A stretch of DNA of 64,000 nucleotides from Oculina patagonica (taxonomy: Eukaryota), in NCBI RefSeq assembly GCF_052425735.1, contig NC_135758.1:4154001-4218000 (forward strand), written 5' to 3'. This document shows positions 34,861-47,849 of this stretch, one piece after another; positions within the stretch are counted from its first letter, which is position 1; each line of letters opens with the position of its first letter. The notes beneath the pieces were generated by a model, which was given only the letters and a program-made list of their open reading frames with translations, did no database searches and was not told where the DNA came from. The position numbers and the translations under genes were made by a program.

Positions 34861-35735
34861 ATGGATTCCGATGCTTCGCGTAGTTCTGCTTCTTCTCTCT
34901 CTTCTTCGTATGAAAGTACCGATGAAACTGCGTTAGAGGACTGTGAAGGTACGCAACCGTATATGTTTGAGCCTTACGACAGCGAAGCAAGCTCAGGTAC
35001 GGATTCATCAAGCGAGTCCGAGGAGCAGACGTTCGAGCGATTGCAAAACACAGACTGGTAAGATCGTGTCGCAAAATACAGAAAATAAACCTTATTCATT
35101 GTAAACTTTTGATTGTTTAATCTGAAGTACGAACAGTATAACAATAAAGTTTCTTGTGATAAACACATTGGCTGTTCTGTTGTGTAGATAGAGTGCATAT
35201 TAGTTAATTTCTGCTTGTATGTTTTCCTGTTTGTTTTTGTACGCTCGAAGTTATATTTTCGGTATACATGCAAGCGAGAAGTGTGAGCTTATGATAAAAT
35301 CGTATTTTAAAACCTAGGTGTAACTGTGGGAACTGCCAGCGCCTAAATAGAGTGGAGGAGTGCATATGTTGCTCGGAGATCGACTGTGTGGTTGCAAAAT
35401 ACTACGAAGCGGTCGAAGCCGAAGGACTGGACGAGCCCCCGGCATGTATCACCCAGCACCCAGGGTTTCGTGCCGTTTGTTTGAATCGCTGGGTTCTTCA
35501 AACGGCATGGTATCAATATAAGCAGCAGTATACCGATGCACATGAAGGGCCAGACCACAAGCAGAAGAGGCATATAGCCTATAGGCAGTTGGCGAGGTGG
35601 TGTTGGGGACTGCTGGGGAAGCAAATTAGAGTAGTTCTGCCATCATGTGCAGTTTGTTGTATTCGAGCACACTTTCCTCCCCCAGGGAATGAGGATGATT
35701 TTGTATTTGAGGGATTTCGATTTCCCGACGAGTAG
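34861..35735 (+). CDS. Transposon accessory protein (KolX-like) with a P2X7 cytoplasmic ballast / nanor-like Zn-binding domain; 2 exons (34861-35057, 35318-35735)
   Basis: A GT-AG splice joins RLQNTDW to CNCGNC...EECICCSE...CITQHPGF...AYRQLARWCWGLLGKQIRVVLPSCAVCCIRAHFP...GF, the motif series of the P2X7 C-terminal domain. The N-terminus is acidic and Ser-rich with a PYMFEP motif. Confidence 0.85.
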
Positions 35736-36197
35736 ACAGCTGCATTCATTCTATCTATTGAATTGACTTGATTGTTTATTATCATAGGTAGTGTTTTTCA
35801 CATACTAACATTTGCTGACAATAAAACAGTACTAAAATGTAATTATAAATTGGCAAACATTTGTTACTTATTGAAGGCTATGCATTCGGGAAAACGTTTT
35901 TCTTTATGCCGGACGTAGCCTTTATTTGAAGTAATTTCACGATCTAGAAATTAACTGTGATTCAGTGTATCATTATTAATTAAACCTCCCTAATTATTAT
36001 TTCCAAAGGTTGATCTGCTTCTATTATCTGTATTATTCATCCTTCACGTGCAATTTATCAGTTGCTAGAGGTATTGAAATTATAAACAAGCCCAAACAAG
36101 GAAATAAAACTCAATATATTGAGCTTGGCTCTGGTAGGATTGATAGTTATTTTCTGTGAAGCAATTACTTGTGCTTTTCACAACAGCTTAGAGGCAA

Positions 36198-39100
36198 TTA
36201 ATTGTTTTTAAATCTTGACTTTAAGGCATTTACAGCAGCCTGCTTGTCAGGGCGGTCAAAATCTGCTGACAGTGGCCGAGGGGCAGCAACTCTTTCTAAG
36301 ACACGTGTCTCATTTCCTTCAAGAATTTGCAACACTCTTTCCTTCAGATCATCAACATATCCTGAATAAAACAATCAGAGGAATAAATATTTCAGTGGCC
36401 GAAAAGTAAACGAATGCCATAAATGCAGACTTTCACTGAGATCACATTAAAGACAAACCAAGGAGCTTAAATGCACCTTCAATCGATAGTTTCTAAGGTG
36501 GTTTAAGCATGATTCCATATGATTTCAATACTCCATATGATTTTAATTGTTCTTGCTAACAGTGTATGTGTGATTTGTTTACAATAGATTTTTCTAATAT
36601 TGTATTGGTTATTGTCATGCACACATTGTTAAAGTATTATCTTTAAACGAAAATTGTGCAAATTGCATCAATACTTACTATATGTGCATTTAACTAAGAT
36701 CTTCTTGACTGTATACTCCCCTTTCTTGTATTTTGGGAATGCAATGTTCACCCTCTCAGTACCATCTTGTAATGTTGCATGTTCTCGGTCACTGTTCTCA
36801 TTAAAATGTAGAATAGAAATCTGCAACCTGGAAGATTGATTTTTAAATATTGAGAAAACTAGATCTAGGTAAAATGATAGTGATGGGATAAGTGATTGTT
36901 GCTTGAAAAAAAATAAAGAAGTTATGATCACGCAGTAGTGACTCCACTACCATTAATTTTTGTAGTCATGTAATTATGTTAAGCGATTACCTGCTTGTCA
37001 TTCCATGGTAAGAGAAAGCCAAACGTTTGGTTGCAAAGTGGTTTTGTACCGAATGAAAGGCCTCGAGTGATGATGTGGCATGCATTCCAGATATCTGCTT
37101 GATATCCTTTAGCAAAGAGCCCTTTGTCAATACCTCGCTCAGTTTCTCAAAGGGGGGTGTACCTGAAGGATAGTAAATTATAAATAACTGTTAAACTGTA
37201 ACTTCTTTTCATGGAAACAAAACTTTACATTGAGTTCATGATTCACAGTCATAACAAGTAACCTGGTTTGAGCCATTTCTTCTTGCGTTCTCTGCCATGC
37301 AATCTTCCATGAAGACACTGGGGAAACAAAGGATTGTCGTGCCCTGAATGCTTGTTCATTATGTGATTTGTGATTGACAACCACTTTGCCTCTTTTAAGT
37401 CTTCATCATCATCATCGGTTGATGCAGCACACCAGAACATGTGATTTACCACACTTTTTTTCCATTTGGAAACCACATCACAGTCTTTCTTTTTGGCAAG
37501 ACTGTCAATCTTTTTACCAAGACCTGAAAGAAATTACAGTCATTTTAAGAATTAATATCATTAACGTTCTGTGTTAAAAGCTTAATTGTCATTAAGCCAA
37601 CCAACCTTTGCCAGCATGCCAGCCATCCAACCTGTGCTTAATAGCAGGCCGTGTTTCCCTCATGTATTTTCTGATCTGTACATGTCTGTCCGTTATTAGA
37701 GTGCTTACTGATAGTCCCTCATCAGATAAAAATTGCAAGGATCTTATCAGGCCTTCTTTTTCCATGGCATTTGAGTTTTTTACTTCATTACTCTGTGGAT
37801 ATGTAATAAAAGAAAAAGCATCGTTAAATTAAGTCCAGTTTTTAATTAATTTTCAATGTTTATATACCAACCTGCACTAACTGGGAATCCAAAATTTTGT
37901 TTTGCTCTAAATCCATGAGAGAGTAAGAGCCATACTTTGCAGAATGCCCTGGGCTGTCGCAGCGACCGTCACCTCCCAATATCAATTCTTTTCCCTCAGC
38001 CTTTATGCCATCCAGTAGAGTGGACTGTTGTTGCCTGTACGTTCTCTCTACTGCAGGGTGTAAATATTCTTTTTGGTGTTTCATAAATGTAGAATATCCA
38101 ATGGTCAGGACATTCATATGCCTCATTATTTTAAGAACCTTTGCTGGGCTTCCACCACCAAAAAGAATTCCACAGGACATCATAATGTTGCCAACAGGAG
38201 TATCACCAATGGATGGCTGAGAATCCCAGCTTCTGGTGTACGAGCAAGACAGGCACTGCTGCCTCACCGTTATCTTGGTTCCAATCCTCGAATTGACACG
38301 CCTATCACATTCTGACCGGCACACAGGACAAAACTCAAACAAACTCAATAAAGAGGATTCCGCCACGAGGAACAAGTTTTGCTGGTGGGCGGGCGCGTTT
38401 GTTGGAGACTCTCTGTGAAAAAAGAATTGCATTTTTTTCAGTCTTTTTTTGCTATTATTGAAAATGCTAAACTTTATATTGTTATTTTGTATTACGTAAT
38501 GTGTAACTCACTTGTACAAACAATCGTCGAAGTCATCAAAATCATCATCTTCATCTATATCGTCGTCGGGGTCAGGAACGTACGAGGGATCGTCAACTGC
38601 GTCCATCTCCTCTTCAGAATCTGATGCTTCATCCTCACTTGCACAAGGTGTTGATGTGGCGAACACTTTGAGAAGAGTACATTGAGTTCCTTGACTTTTA
38701 GTGGGGACAGTAGTTTGAATACCTGCAAAATTATCATAAAAACTTTCTTTACAAACCTACAATTTTTACATTGTATACACAACGGAATACTGTATAAACG
38801 TACCTCTCGCAGTGCTTTTCGTTCGAAACTGTACGGAAACGTTTTTGTTGTTGTGCTGCGTCTGTGTGGATGCCTCCTGTACCCGAGATAAGAACTCGGT
38901 TGCATTTGCTGTTTCCAACCCTTCGACACTGTTTTCATGGGAAGTGGATTCGTGTTTCTCATGTTCAGCGATGATCTTGGAACAAGAACAAGGTAAGTTT
39001 TTAGTACTGTATTTCCGAGTTTCACAAGAATAACAATGTCATTTCATATATATTTATAATCTTTGATACATACCCTGGCAGCTTCTCTTTTTCTGTAAGC

Positions 39101-39490
39101 GCTCCTGGGTTGGTTTTTGGACTGCTGAGTACACGACCCTTGCGAAGACGACTCTTTCGTGACTTCTGCAAGTGAGCTATCATCCCGTCTTTGCTTTTTT
39201 TGTGGCGGACCATTGTTACGGTTAAATATGGTTGGAACAGCGTCGGGTTTTAAAATTCTTTTCATGTTTAATCCTAGCGACACAGCAATTACCGTCTGTG
39301 CTTCAAATGAGTCGTCTGCGAAGTGACTACTGCAGAGTTTGCTTGAAGCCGTCTGAGAAAAATCAGATCGCGTGTTTCTCACGGCATTCGTCCATTGGCG
39401 AGCAACTTGAGGATCTGAAGGCCAGCCATGGAGACTTACATCGTTCTTATTAGTATTGGAACATCCACCGGCTACACAGCGATGTGGCAT
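36198..39490 (-). CDS. THAP-domain DDE transposase (Kolobok), ~9 exons
   Basis: Exon 1 is a THAP domain (MPHRCVAGGC...W...LCSSHF...AVPTIF). Later exons give a CPVC/CLSC Zn module, GDGRCDSPGHSAKY, ITDRH, DGWH, NHMFWC, TSSLEAFHS, HFNEN and a terminal PRPLSADFDRPDK...SRFKNN*. Approximate exons: 39490-39074, 38975-38804, 38722-38511, 38413-37870, 37792-37606, 37522-37262, 37161-36991, 36827-36679, 36361-36198. Confidence 0.85.
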
Positions 39491-40719
39491 GATCAAGTTT
39501 TAGACTGAATTAAGAAGGTTATTTTCGTTTAGAAGTAAAAAATCAAGACAATCTTCGCGAGCGATCTCCACTTGTTTATTAATGAATCCTACCGGAAATG
39601 GCTTACGAGTTCTCATATCTACGTCACTTCCGTTTTTCGCCCCGAGCGCTAAGTTCAAATCGCACGTTCGCAATTTTTCCAGTTTTTACGAAAATGAAAG
39701 ACAAATAGACAGCTTTTTCTTGCAAATATCTTTTATTAAGGTTATAAGGTATCAATTTATGAAATTTCGTTTTGGGGTGTAGAGTATCCCTTTAAACGCG
39801 CTAAAAAACACAGACGCCTGCCAAGTTCACAAAACACTCATTCCACTGTAGGACTCTACTGGTCATTTATAAAACAAACTGACCCTTAATTAGTAGTAAC
39901 AAAAAGGAAGTTTAAATTTAATTAGAGTGGGCTCAGAAATTATTTGTAAGTTATATGTCCAGAGGAAGTTTTATAATACACGAAACAGTTGATCCTTCTG
40001 CAGGCAATAACTGGTTCACTGTGTTCTCATCTTTTATTGTAATCAGCCATATGTAACAACCGGTCTTATAAAAGTGTTTTTGTTTTCATGGAAGTTTTAT
40101 CTTATTTTTACACATTACGCATTCCACACTTCGATCTTGTTGACCAGTCCCTCTTCGATTGTTTGGAAGGCAGACAAGATAGCGATAATCCTAAGCATTC
40201 TTCTGCTCTTAGTTTGGCTGGGAGAACATGACGAGAAGAAGGTTTCATTGATTGATCTTGTTTTTGAAGGCTCTAAACGGCTCGATTGACTGGGATTTTA
40301 AATTTTTTTATAGTTTTAAACACATTGATATATAGTTACAACACGAGAAGTCAAAACAGGCGGCATTTGAAAGCCTCAGTCACATCACTTCTGGAGCCAA
40401 AACCGTGTCGTTTATCACAGCGATAATGATTGGAACAATTTACCAGATAAAGTGAAGAACGCTGCTGACATCCTCTTCTCATTCTCCTCATCATCCTCTT
40501 TCTGTAAGTTATTTCCCTCTTTTTTCTGCGTCGATGTCTTTGTCTCAATATGAACTGATGTATTGCAGATAATATCGTGCTCGTTTACTATAAATATGTT
40601 ATATCCTTTTAACTACAGTGACTCAAAATTAAGAGGCTTCCACGAAATTCCAACCACCTCTCTTCCATATACAAACAGCCGTTCCGTACTCAAATCGTTT
40701 CGTACTAAAATAGTTCTTA

Positions 40720-42211
40720 CAGTCAACTCTCGTTATAGCGGAGACGGTCGGGGCACCGTTTAGTGTCCGTAATAGCGAGAGTCCGTAATAGCGGGGTGCG
40801 AGGGAAAAAAGTGCTGTTAACATACATTAAATAATATTATAGACTATGGCGAGCTTATCAAACAGTCAACAGTGTTGAAACAGCTAAGTAGTCGTTGGGG
40901 ATGGAGGATATAGAGTCTGGATGGAAAAGGCCAAGCTGAAGCGAAAAGGCAAACTTTTTTGTAACGTTCAGTACTGAAGGAATTGATTGACAAATAACCC
41001 GGCCTGACCACGGCGATGAAACCGATAATCGATGATAATCGATACCAATCGATAATAATCGATGCCAATTAATCGATTGATATTGGAAATCGATGACCAA
41101 TCGATGACGGAAAATTTTGTGACTTTTAATTTAATCGATTTTCATCGACTATCATCGATTATCATCGATTACCATCGATTTTCATCGATCGTTTTTTATT
41201 TAGTCAGGTCTTTAAAGCGATCAATACCTCATTTATTCATTTTCGTGACATACTGTTATGTCTGTTATGCATCAAAAACAACGTTACGAAGGAATGGGGC
41301 AAGGTTTACACTAGCGTATAGATTACTTGAGAGATACAACAGCAAAAGTTCTGACATGTGCAGGTACAATATATGACGTAAGCTAAACAAGCCTAAAAAA
41401 TATAAACTTGAATAAACTGCAACAGGAAAATAGCTTGGGATAAGTGGCTTGGTCTAGGTAGATTCCTATAATCTCAAAAAGGAAAAACAAGTGAAGGAGC
41501 AAATACCACGGTCGATCTTTCTTCGCATCGAAGTAATATACTGGATAGCGAAAAAACAATCCACGGATATTTTCTGTAGTATGTTCATTGCCAGGTCTAT
41601 TTGTCGAGTAGGAGCGCTCGGCCAGCTCACGATCAGTCGTTTTAGGATTGCGAAAATCTATTTCCGGATATCCTGGAGAATTGTCCTGGGGATGCCCAAG
41701 TACACCTCAAGATATGGATAACAATCGATGGCAATCGATGAAAATCGATAGCAATCGATGACAATCGATGCAATTAAGGAAATTTTATTTGTGACTATCG
41801 ATTGGTTATCGATTGGCCGATGCCGATCGATATCAATTAACTAACCATCATCGATTGATATCGATTGATTGATTGATTTCCGATCATCGATTTTCATCGA
41901 TTGGTCAGGCCGGGAAATAAACATTCCAGAAGTCTATTGAAGCGTGGTTTGCCAAATAACGAACGACAGACTGTAATCTTACTTAATTATGTTATATGAG
42001 AAGCTCATGGTGTCCGCTTTATCGAGAGTCAAAACAATAAAAACTGTTATGTTGGTGCCACGAAAGTGTCCGTAATTTCGTAATTTCCGTAATTTCCATA
42101 ATTTCGAGTCACTTCCAGCCAAACCTTTTTAGCTTTCGCCGGGGATCTGGATTTTGTCCGTGATAGCGATTGTCCACAATAGCGGGGTGTCCGTAAGGCG
42201 AGAGTTGACTG
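40720..42211. mobile_element. Tc1/mariner-type MITE (TA TSD) containing a nested element
   Basis: TA|CAGTCAACTCTCG ... CGAGAGTTGACTG|TA with internal GTCCGTAATAGCG repeats. Confidence 0.85.
40998..41914. mobile_element. Non-autonomous TIR element with ATCGAT-rich subterminal arrays
   Basis: 13-bp TIR CCCGGCCTGACCA / TGGTCAGGCCGGG with AAATAA duplicated at 40992-40997 and 41915-41920. Confidence 0.85.
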
Positions 42212-43833
42212 TACTCATCTTTGGTCGGTTTGTACTCACTAACGCTCTTGACAATACCCTTTTATATACCATTTTGACAGAAATTGTACCCCTTTCGTAT
42301 AACTTTCACTTAAAAAAGGTGCCCCTTTCAGATATAGACTTAGAAAATTACGTTTTCTTGTCATTTTCATGTAGCGCTTAATAAATTAAAATAATACAGC
42401 CGTAGATTGCATCTGTTCGAAATATTTCAATTAAAGGCCCTTTGAAAAACCTAAATGACAGATTTCCATACCCCTTCATATACCTAAACTTGTGAAATCC
42501 CTACCCTTGTATATACCTGAAGCCTGAAAAAGATACCCCTTTCGAGCGGAGCCTCCCCGTATAGGCCATTATAGGGAGTACCCCCCCCCCCCCCGGGCAA
42601 ACGCTTCACCAAGAGGTCAGACACTACTTGGTTTTCTTGCGTTCTTTTTTAACACCACGTGTTCTTGGTAATCACTTAAGAAAGCCTAAGGATGGCGCTT
42701 CTATTTGAATCTATACCTGTAATATAAATCATATCTCACCAAGAAGGGAATCTTTCAAGCTTCAAGAAAGAAAAGTTGAGCGGGATTCGATCCATTAACG
42801 ACCTGTTCCACGGTAATCATTGACGTTTAGGGATTTTAAATTGTCCTTAATTCGTCAGTTAATTTTGTTTACAGTTTTCAATTTTAACTCTAATGACAAA
42901 TATTAGGAGAGGGGCCTGAAGGGGTAAAATGGGATTTGGGTAAATGTTCACTAGGAAAATTAGATTTAGGACACTGGGACTGGGAATTACAAACAAATAA
43001 ACAATAGAACATGGACTGGGATTTGGAAAATTAACAAAACAATAGGCTGGGAAAAAGGATTTGGGCCCTCGTAATAAATAAAGTGTGTCACAGGTTCTTT
43101 GGGGGATAATGGTGGGAAAGGGCATTGGAAGGGGAATGCGGGGATCCGAGGAAAGGGAGGTTTGATGTGACATATAGGATGGCAAATCTTGAATACGTAA
43201 TATTCTCATGATTTCATTTCGAGCTAGTTCGTTTTTTTTTTCGTCCAGAGTTTTAACTCTGCTTTTTGAACGACCATGGATGTCTGCCACCCGGGTCTGC
43301 CGTTCGTTGGCCGGGTTTCCACAAAACAATAAGGACAACCTCCAGAGTTGGAGGTGACATTGACTCAAATTTCTCATTAAAGCAAAGAAGGTTTAATGGC
43401 TCACTTACGACATGTAGAGACGTCACGCAATTCACAAAAAGAACTCTAAATTTCTCAGAAATGTCACCGCAGTTTGCTGTATGTATGCGTGACGTAATAT
43501 GATAAGCAGTGTTTTCTCGGAATCTTGAGTGTTTCGTAGTTGCACTTTCCAAAGCGAACCTCAATCGACGTGGTAAGTACAACTAACTTTGGTTTTTAAC
43601 CCCCGTTTAGAATAACTAGTTCGACTTATAAGATAGCTAAGACATTCATAAATCCACAAAGCGATATTTAACAATCGTGGAGCAAACATTTGCTTCGAGA
43701 CACAAAGCTGTTTGGTTCTGTGATCTCGTCTGATATCACCGAGAAAGACAGAAGAATGAAATCGATCAAATCATGCAAAATACGCTATGAAGTGAACACA
43801 AATAGGAAATTTACGTCGTTTTGTGTCTTGTAT

Positions 43834-44073
43834 CATCGGCATCCTCGTCTCGGAGAGGCGATGGTCAGCGCATCAGTGTCGACAGGCTCTTGAGTGACTC
43901 AAAAGCCCGATTCTAGAGTGGCAGTCTTTGTTGAAGCTGGTACAGATGTAGTTGGTGGCCTCTCGAACTGATACTTGTCGTTCCTTTCTCGCTGCCCCCT
44001 TGATTGTCGTCTCAGCCCTGGCCTTCGTCTCGGCCCTGAGTGCCCCCTCCTTCACACCGTGACGCCAGGCATC
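43834..44073 (-). mobile_element. 5'-truncated RTE-type LINE fragment
   Basis: Encodes a LINE C-terminus (WRHGVKEG...YICTSFNKDCHSRIGLLSHSRAC). 10-bp TSD TGTCTTGTAT at 43824-43833 and 44074-44083. Confidence 0.75.
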
Positions 44074-45833
44074 TGTCTTGTATAAGAATGAAGAATTACA
44101 ACAGACCGAGTAAGAGCAGTTCTTCAGATATTCAAATCGTTCTCTACGTGAGGCGGAAACTGTGATGTGAGTTGAATAATAAGTTCAAATGCAAATTGAA
44201 AATGACTTAAAAGAAGATAGCAAAGCACAGACTGTGTAAAAAGCACTTTTTGGTAGTTCTGAGAATTTCAGTTTCAAGTTCAGTGTATTTTTCTTCGTCT
44301 GCTCGTTGTCTTGCATGGAAAGTCCTTCAGTAGTTGTTTCAATTTACATGTATTGCTTTTGGTTTCACCTTTGGTTTTTGTTTATATGATATTTTTTATC
44401 CTAAGCTGTTCTTGACTGATATCTCTGCATATATGTACTGTATGGCTGATGTTGCCGATGTTAACACTGTAAATTTGTAGTGGGACTAAACATCATGATA
44501 TTGATATCGCGTGACTGATTTTATTTCGTGGTTTGCGCGCTAACAATGGGTGACGTTTGGACACTTAGCAAGGAATTTAAAATGTTTGGTTTTCCTTTTA
44601 CCTTTCGTTGTTTCGTTTTACAAACAACAAAATGATGATTTCCTTCTTGGGAAGTGTATGAACAGGATCGGTTAGCTTGTTTACTGTCTAAACCATGATA
44701 TCATTGTGATTACTCTTGGTTTCTAAGAAATGTACATCCGTGACGTAATATGATAATCAGTGTTTCTCGAAATTTGGGGAAATCCCCGAATTGTTTTAGT
44801 TTCATCTTCCAAAGCGAACTTTGCCTTGGTAAGTACAACTAATCTTGGTTTCTAGCCTCCGTTTTAACTAGTTTAGAATATATAGTTCGATTTCTCTGAT
44901 AGCTAGGACATTCATAAATCCTCAAAGCGAAGATTTAATAATCGCGAACCCAAACATTTGCTTTCAAATCGTTCAACTCGAGCAAAAACCACTACGAAGT
45001 GAACACAAATAGTAAATTCACGGTCCTTCATGTCTTGAAATAATCAAGAATGAAGAATTACAACAGACCGAGCAAGTCAGATAGTCCCAATTAATATTAT
45101 GACCAGTCAAAATGATCTGATCCAATGATGTGACCCGATGTGTGGGCAACTTTAGCGAGGGATCAAAACTATTCGGTTTTCTTGTCGTGCAGACGTCATT
45201 TTCATTTATTCATTTTACCAACATGGTCCTCTGTAAGGGTCAAGAAAATCGTGATTGCTTAGAAACAACACAAGGCGCCAAGTGTTTTAGACTTGATAAA
45301 GCACGAACTGCGAGTTTATTGAACGGTTTCAAAACCTCTGATTTAGATCTTTTCATTCTTACACTAATATTTAGATTTTTGGTTATTTTAGCCAAGAATA
45401 TTGGACATGAACTTCAGCAGTGTCTTTATCAGATTTATAGACACTCATTAAACAATAATTTTCTTTGTATTTTCTAAATAAATTATTAATTAGTTTTTAA
45501 AAGGCATTTCATGTATTGGCTCGGTGCTGTCAAAGAATTAGCGCTCCGTTCCAGAGGGTTTTCGCGCTACTCACAATAGAGACATGATCGACAACGGAAA
45601 GCGCGCAAGAGAAACCTTTCGCACCCAGGGTAACCATGTGGCCAAAAAATCAGGAAATTTCGGTTTGAAGTCAAATGGAAAGGTAATTTTCCAGAAATTC
45701 CCTTCGGAAATTGCGAATTACGTTTTGTACTCAGTTTAATTCCGGTTCGAACGAACCGTCGTAAATTTTCTTACTATTTGAAGGAATCTTCCGTTTTCAG
45801 GCCCTTTTCAGAACCTCCGTGCGGTTTTAGTTA

Positions 45834-46002
45834 CAGCAAGGCGCCCAAAAGTGTGACCACTTTTAATTTATTCACATTCTTTCATGCAGATTTAATCGAA
45901 TCAGAAGTCAACTGCAAGCTATCCACGGCTTTTGATTGGATTAAATCTGCACGAAAGAATGTGAATAAATGAAAAGTGGTCACACTTTTGGGCGCCTTGC
46001 TG
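45834..46002. mobile_element. Palindromic MITE with TA TSD
   Basis: TA|CAGCAAGGCGCCCAAAAGTGTGACCACTTTT...AAAAGTGGTCACACTTTTGGGCGCCTTGCTG|TA. Confidence 0.85.
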
Positions 46003-46015
46003 TAATTGTCTTTTT

Positions 46016-46454
46016 ATGTATCAGTCAAATCGAAGGTTCAACATTCCCCCGGGCATACCCCGGTGGGGGAATTTGAACACTAACCTTGATTTCGTGCTAC
46101 GTGTCCCAGTGAGTAAACGTGAGTCGATAAATCATGGCGGGGGGCCGAAATAAGGTCCGAAATGGTGAGTTTAAGGATTTTAAAAGAAAAGATTGCCGCT
46201 TTGTGACAACTTGGATAAAAAGCGAAGGGTTACAAAGGCTTTTCCCTGTATTTTAGACTTGTCTGCAGACTTAGCGCGTGAATTATTCTCGGAAAAAAGG
46301 CATTTTTAATGAACTGAAATGGATCTATGGTGGGGCATTTGAACGGCTGATTGGCCCGGGGGGGGGGGGGGGATTTGAACACAAATTTTTCAAAAATTCA
46401 AATACCCGGAGTGTTGCCCGGGGGGATGTTGTACCTTCGATTTGACTGGTACAT
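46016..46454. mobile_element. MITE (ATGTATCAGTCAAATCGAAGGT...ACCTTCGATTTGACTGGTACAT)
   Basis: Terminal inverted repeats of ~30 bp. Confidence 0.75.
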
Positions 46455-47849
46455 TAATATGGCGTCTTTCCCAGTCTATACGACTTATATCGAAGTGCAC
46501 TGTGTATTTTACCTGGACTTAATAAACCCTAGCACTTCTTTAACAACAGGAATAGGCTGCCTGCCTCTGGTAGTCCATGTTGGAATCGTTCATGAGTATT
46601 TCTCTGCACAGGATCTCGAACGTGCCAATTGTCGCTAGAATATGACTGCGAAAATTCACTCAGTGCGTAGGTGGAAATAGTTTCCTAAAACTAACCATGT
46701 ATACTGTTTAAATCGCGTCTCATGAAACAGCTGATGGCACTAAACAGCATCCACCCATCTTCTTCGTCAAAAGGGTTGTTTTCTACCTCAAAATATGCAG
46801 TTATATCGACAGAAAAGGACACTGAATTTCGCGCTAGATCGAGTGAGCGGGAAGGAACACTTGGTAAGCGACATCTCATGTTAACCGATTGGTTGGTATA
46901 TTCGGGAAATCGCTTACCATTATGCAACGGTCACACTAGCCGGACTGTTTTTGCTACAAATTGTAAGAGGAAGTCGTCTGAAATTTAGACTAGCTACATG
47001 TAGCAGATAGATATACGCCATGTTACAAGAGCAAACCAAGCGAGCCTGACCTTAATACAATGCACATTTGAAAAGGTCTCTCTTTTAAGAGAAAATACAC
47101 ACTCTAAACACTGCATGTAAACACTACAACTGTGTTAAAAGAAAGGGAGGCTCTTTGTGCACCCCCATCTCTCCTCTGCTCCAGCCAGGCTTAGGAGCGC
47201 CAAAAACGCTCAGGCAAATATCAGGGTGGTCGAAATGTGGGGTTCCACTATTTTTGGTCGTCAAATGTAACAAAATATTTTGAGTGTTTTTTAAAAAAAT
47301 ATACCGGATAGGAAGCTTCAATCTCTTCATTCACCACCGGTTTCTTATTAACTTAGCATCTGAATGCAGTAGTCATACTTTACATCTCCGCGGTCTGGTT
47401 TGGTCAGAAGGCGTCAGAACCTGTAAGCCCCGGGCTGTAAGCATGCGCCAAACCAAACGTACAGGTTCTGGCGAAATCGTAGAGATGTGTAGCGTGATCA
47501 TTGCATTCAAATGGTTTCTTATCAACTAACATTTGCAAAAACAATCTCCACTTTTATCTATCACACTGAAAAAGGATCACAAACTGAAAACGTATTTTCA
47601 CGATGCATTCAGTATAGAAAAACACGTAGCCTCATGTACACATTGTGCATTTTATATTTAGAGTGCAACATCCTGCTGGCATGCATAGATTCCTTTATGT
47701 TCGAAGACGAAAACTAAGAAAGGGCAGATTTAAAATGTTTATTTGCCTAATGCTACAATTTTACGTTATTTTTTATAACTAATAAAATTGATTTCATTTT
47801 CTTTTAAAATCTTTTCTATTCTTTTCGAAGACTTCTAGAATAGGACGTC

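Larger units (their letters stand above)
34609..39791. mobile_element. Kolobok-type DNA transposon, apparently intact, with two convergent genes
   Basis: TTAA TSD at 34605-34608 and 39792-39795. 12-bp TIR AGGGATACTCTA / TAGAGTATCCCT. Encodes a THAP-DDE transposase (-) and an accessory Cys-rich protein (+). Confidence 0.9.
34496..39820. mobile_element. Small host repeat (~140 bp, split by the Kolobok element) flanked by a 9-bp duplication
   Basis: CCAAGTTCA at 34487-34495 and 39821-39829. The uninterrupted site is seen at ~4004. Confidence 0.55.

Noticed and set aside
35352-35735. P2X7 receptor gene
   Set aside because: There are no transmembrane or ectodomain exons. Only the ballast-like domain is present, and it lies within a transposon.
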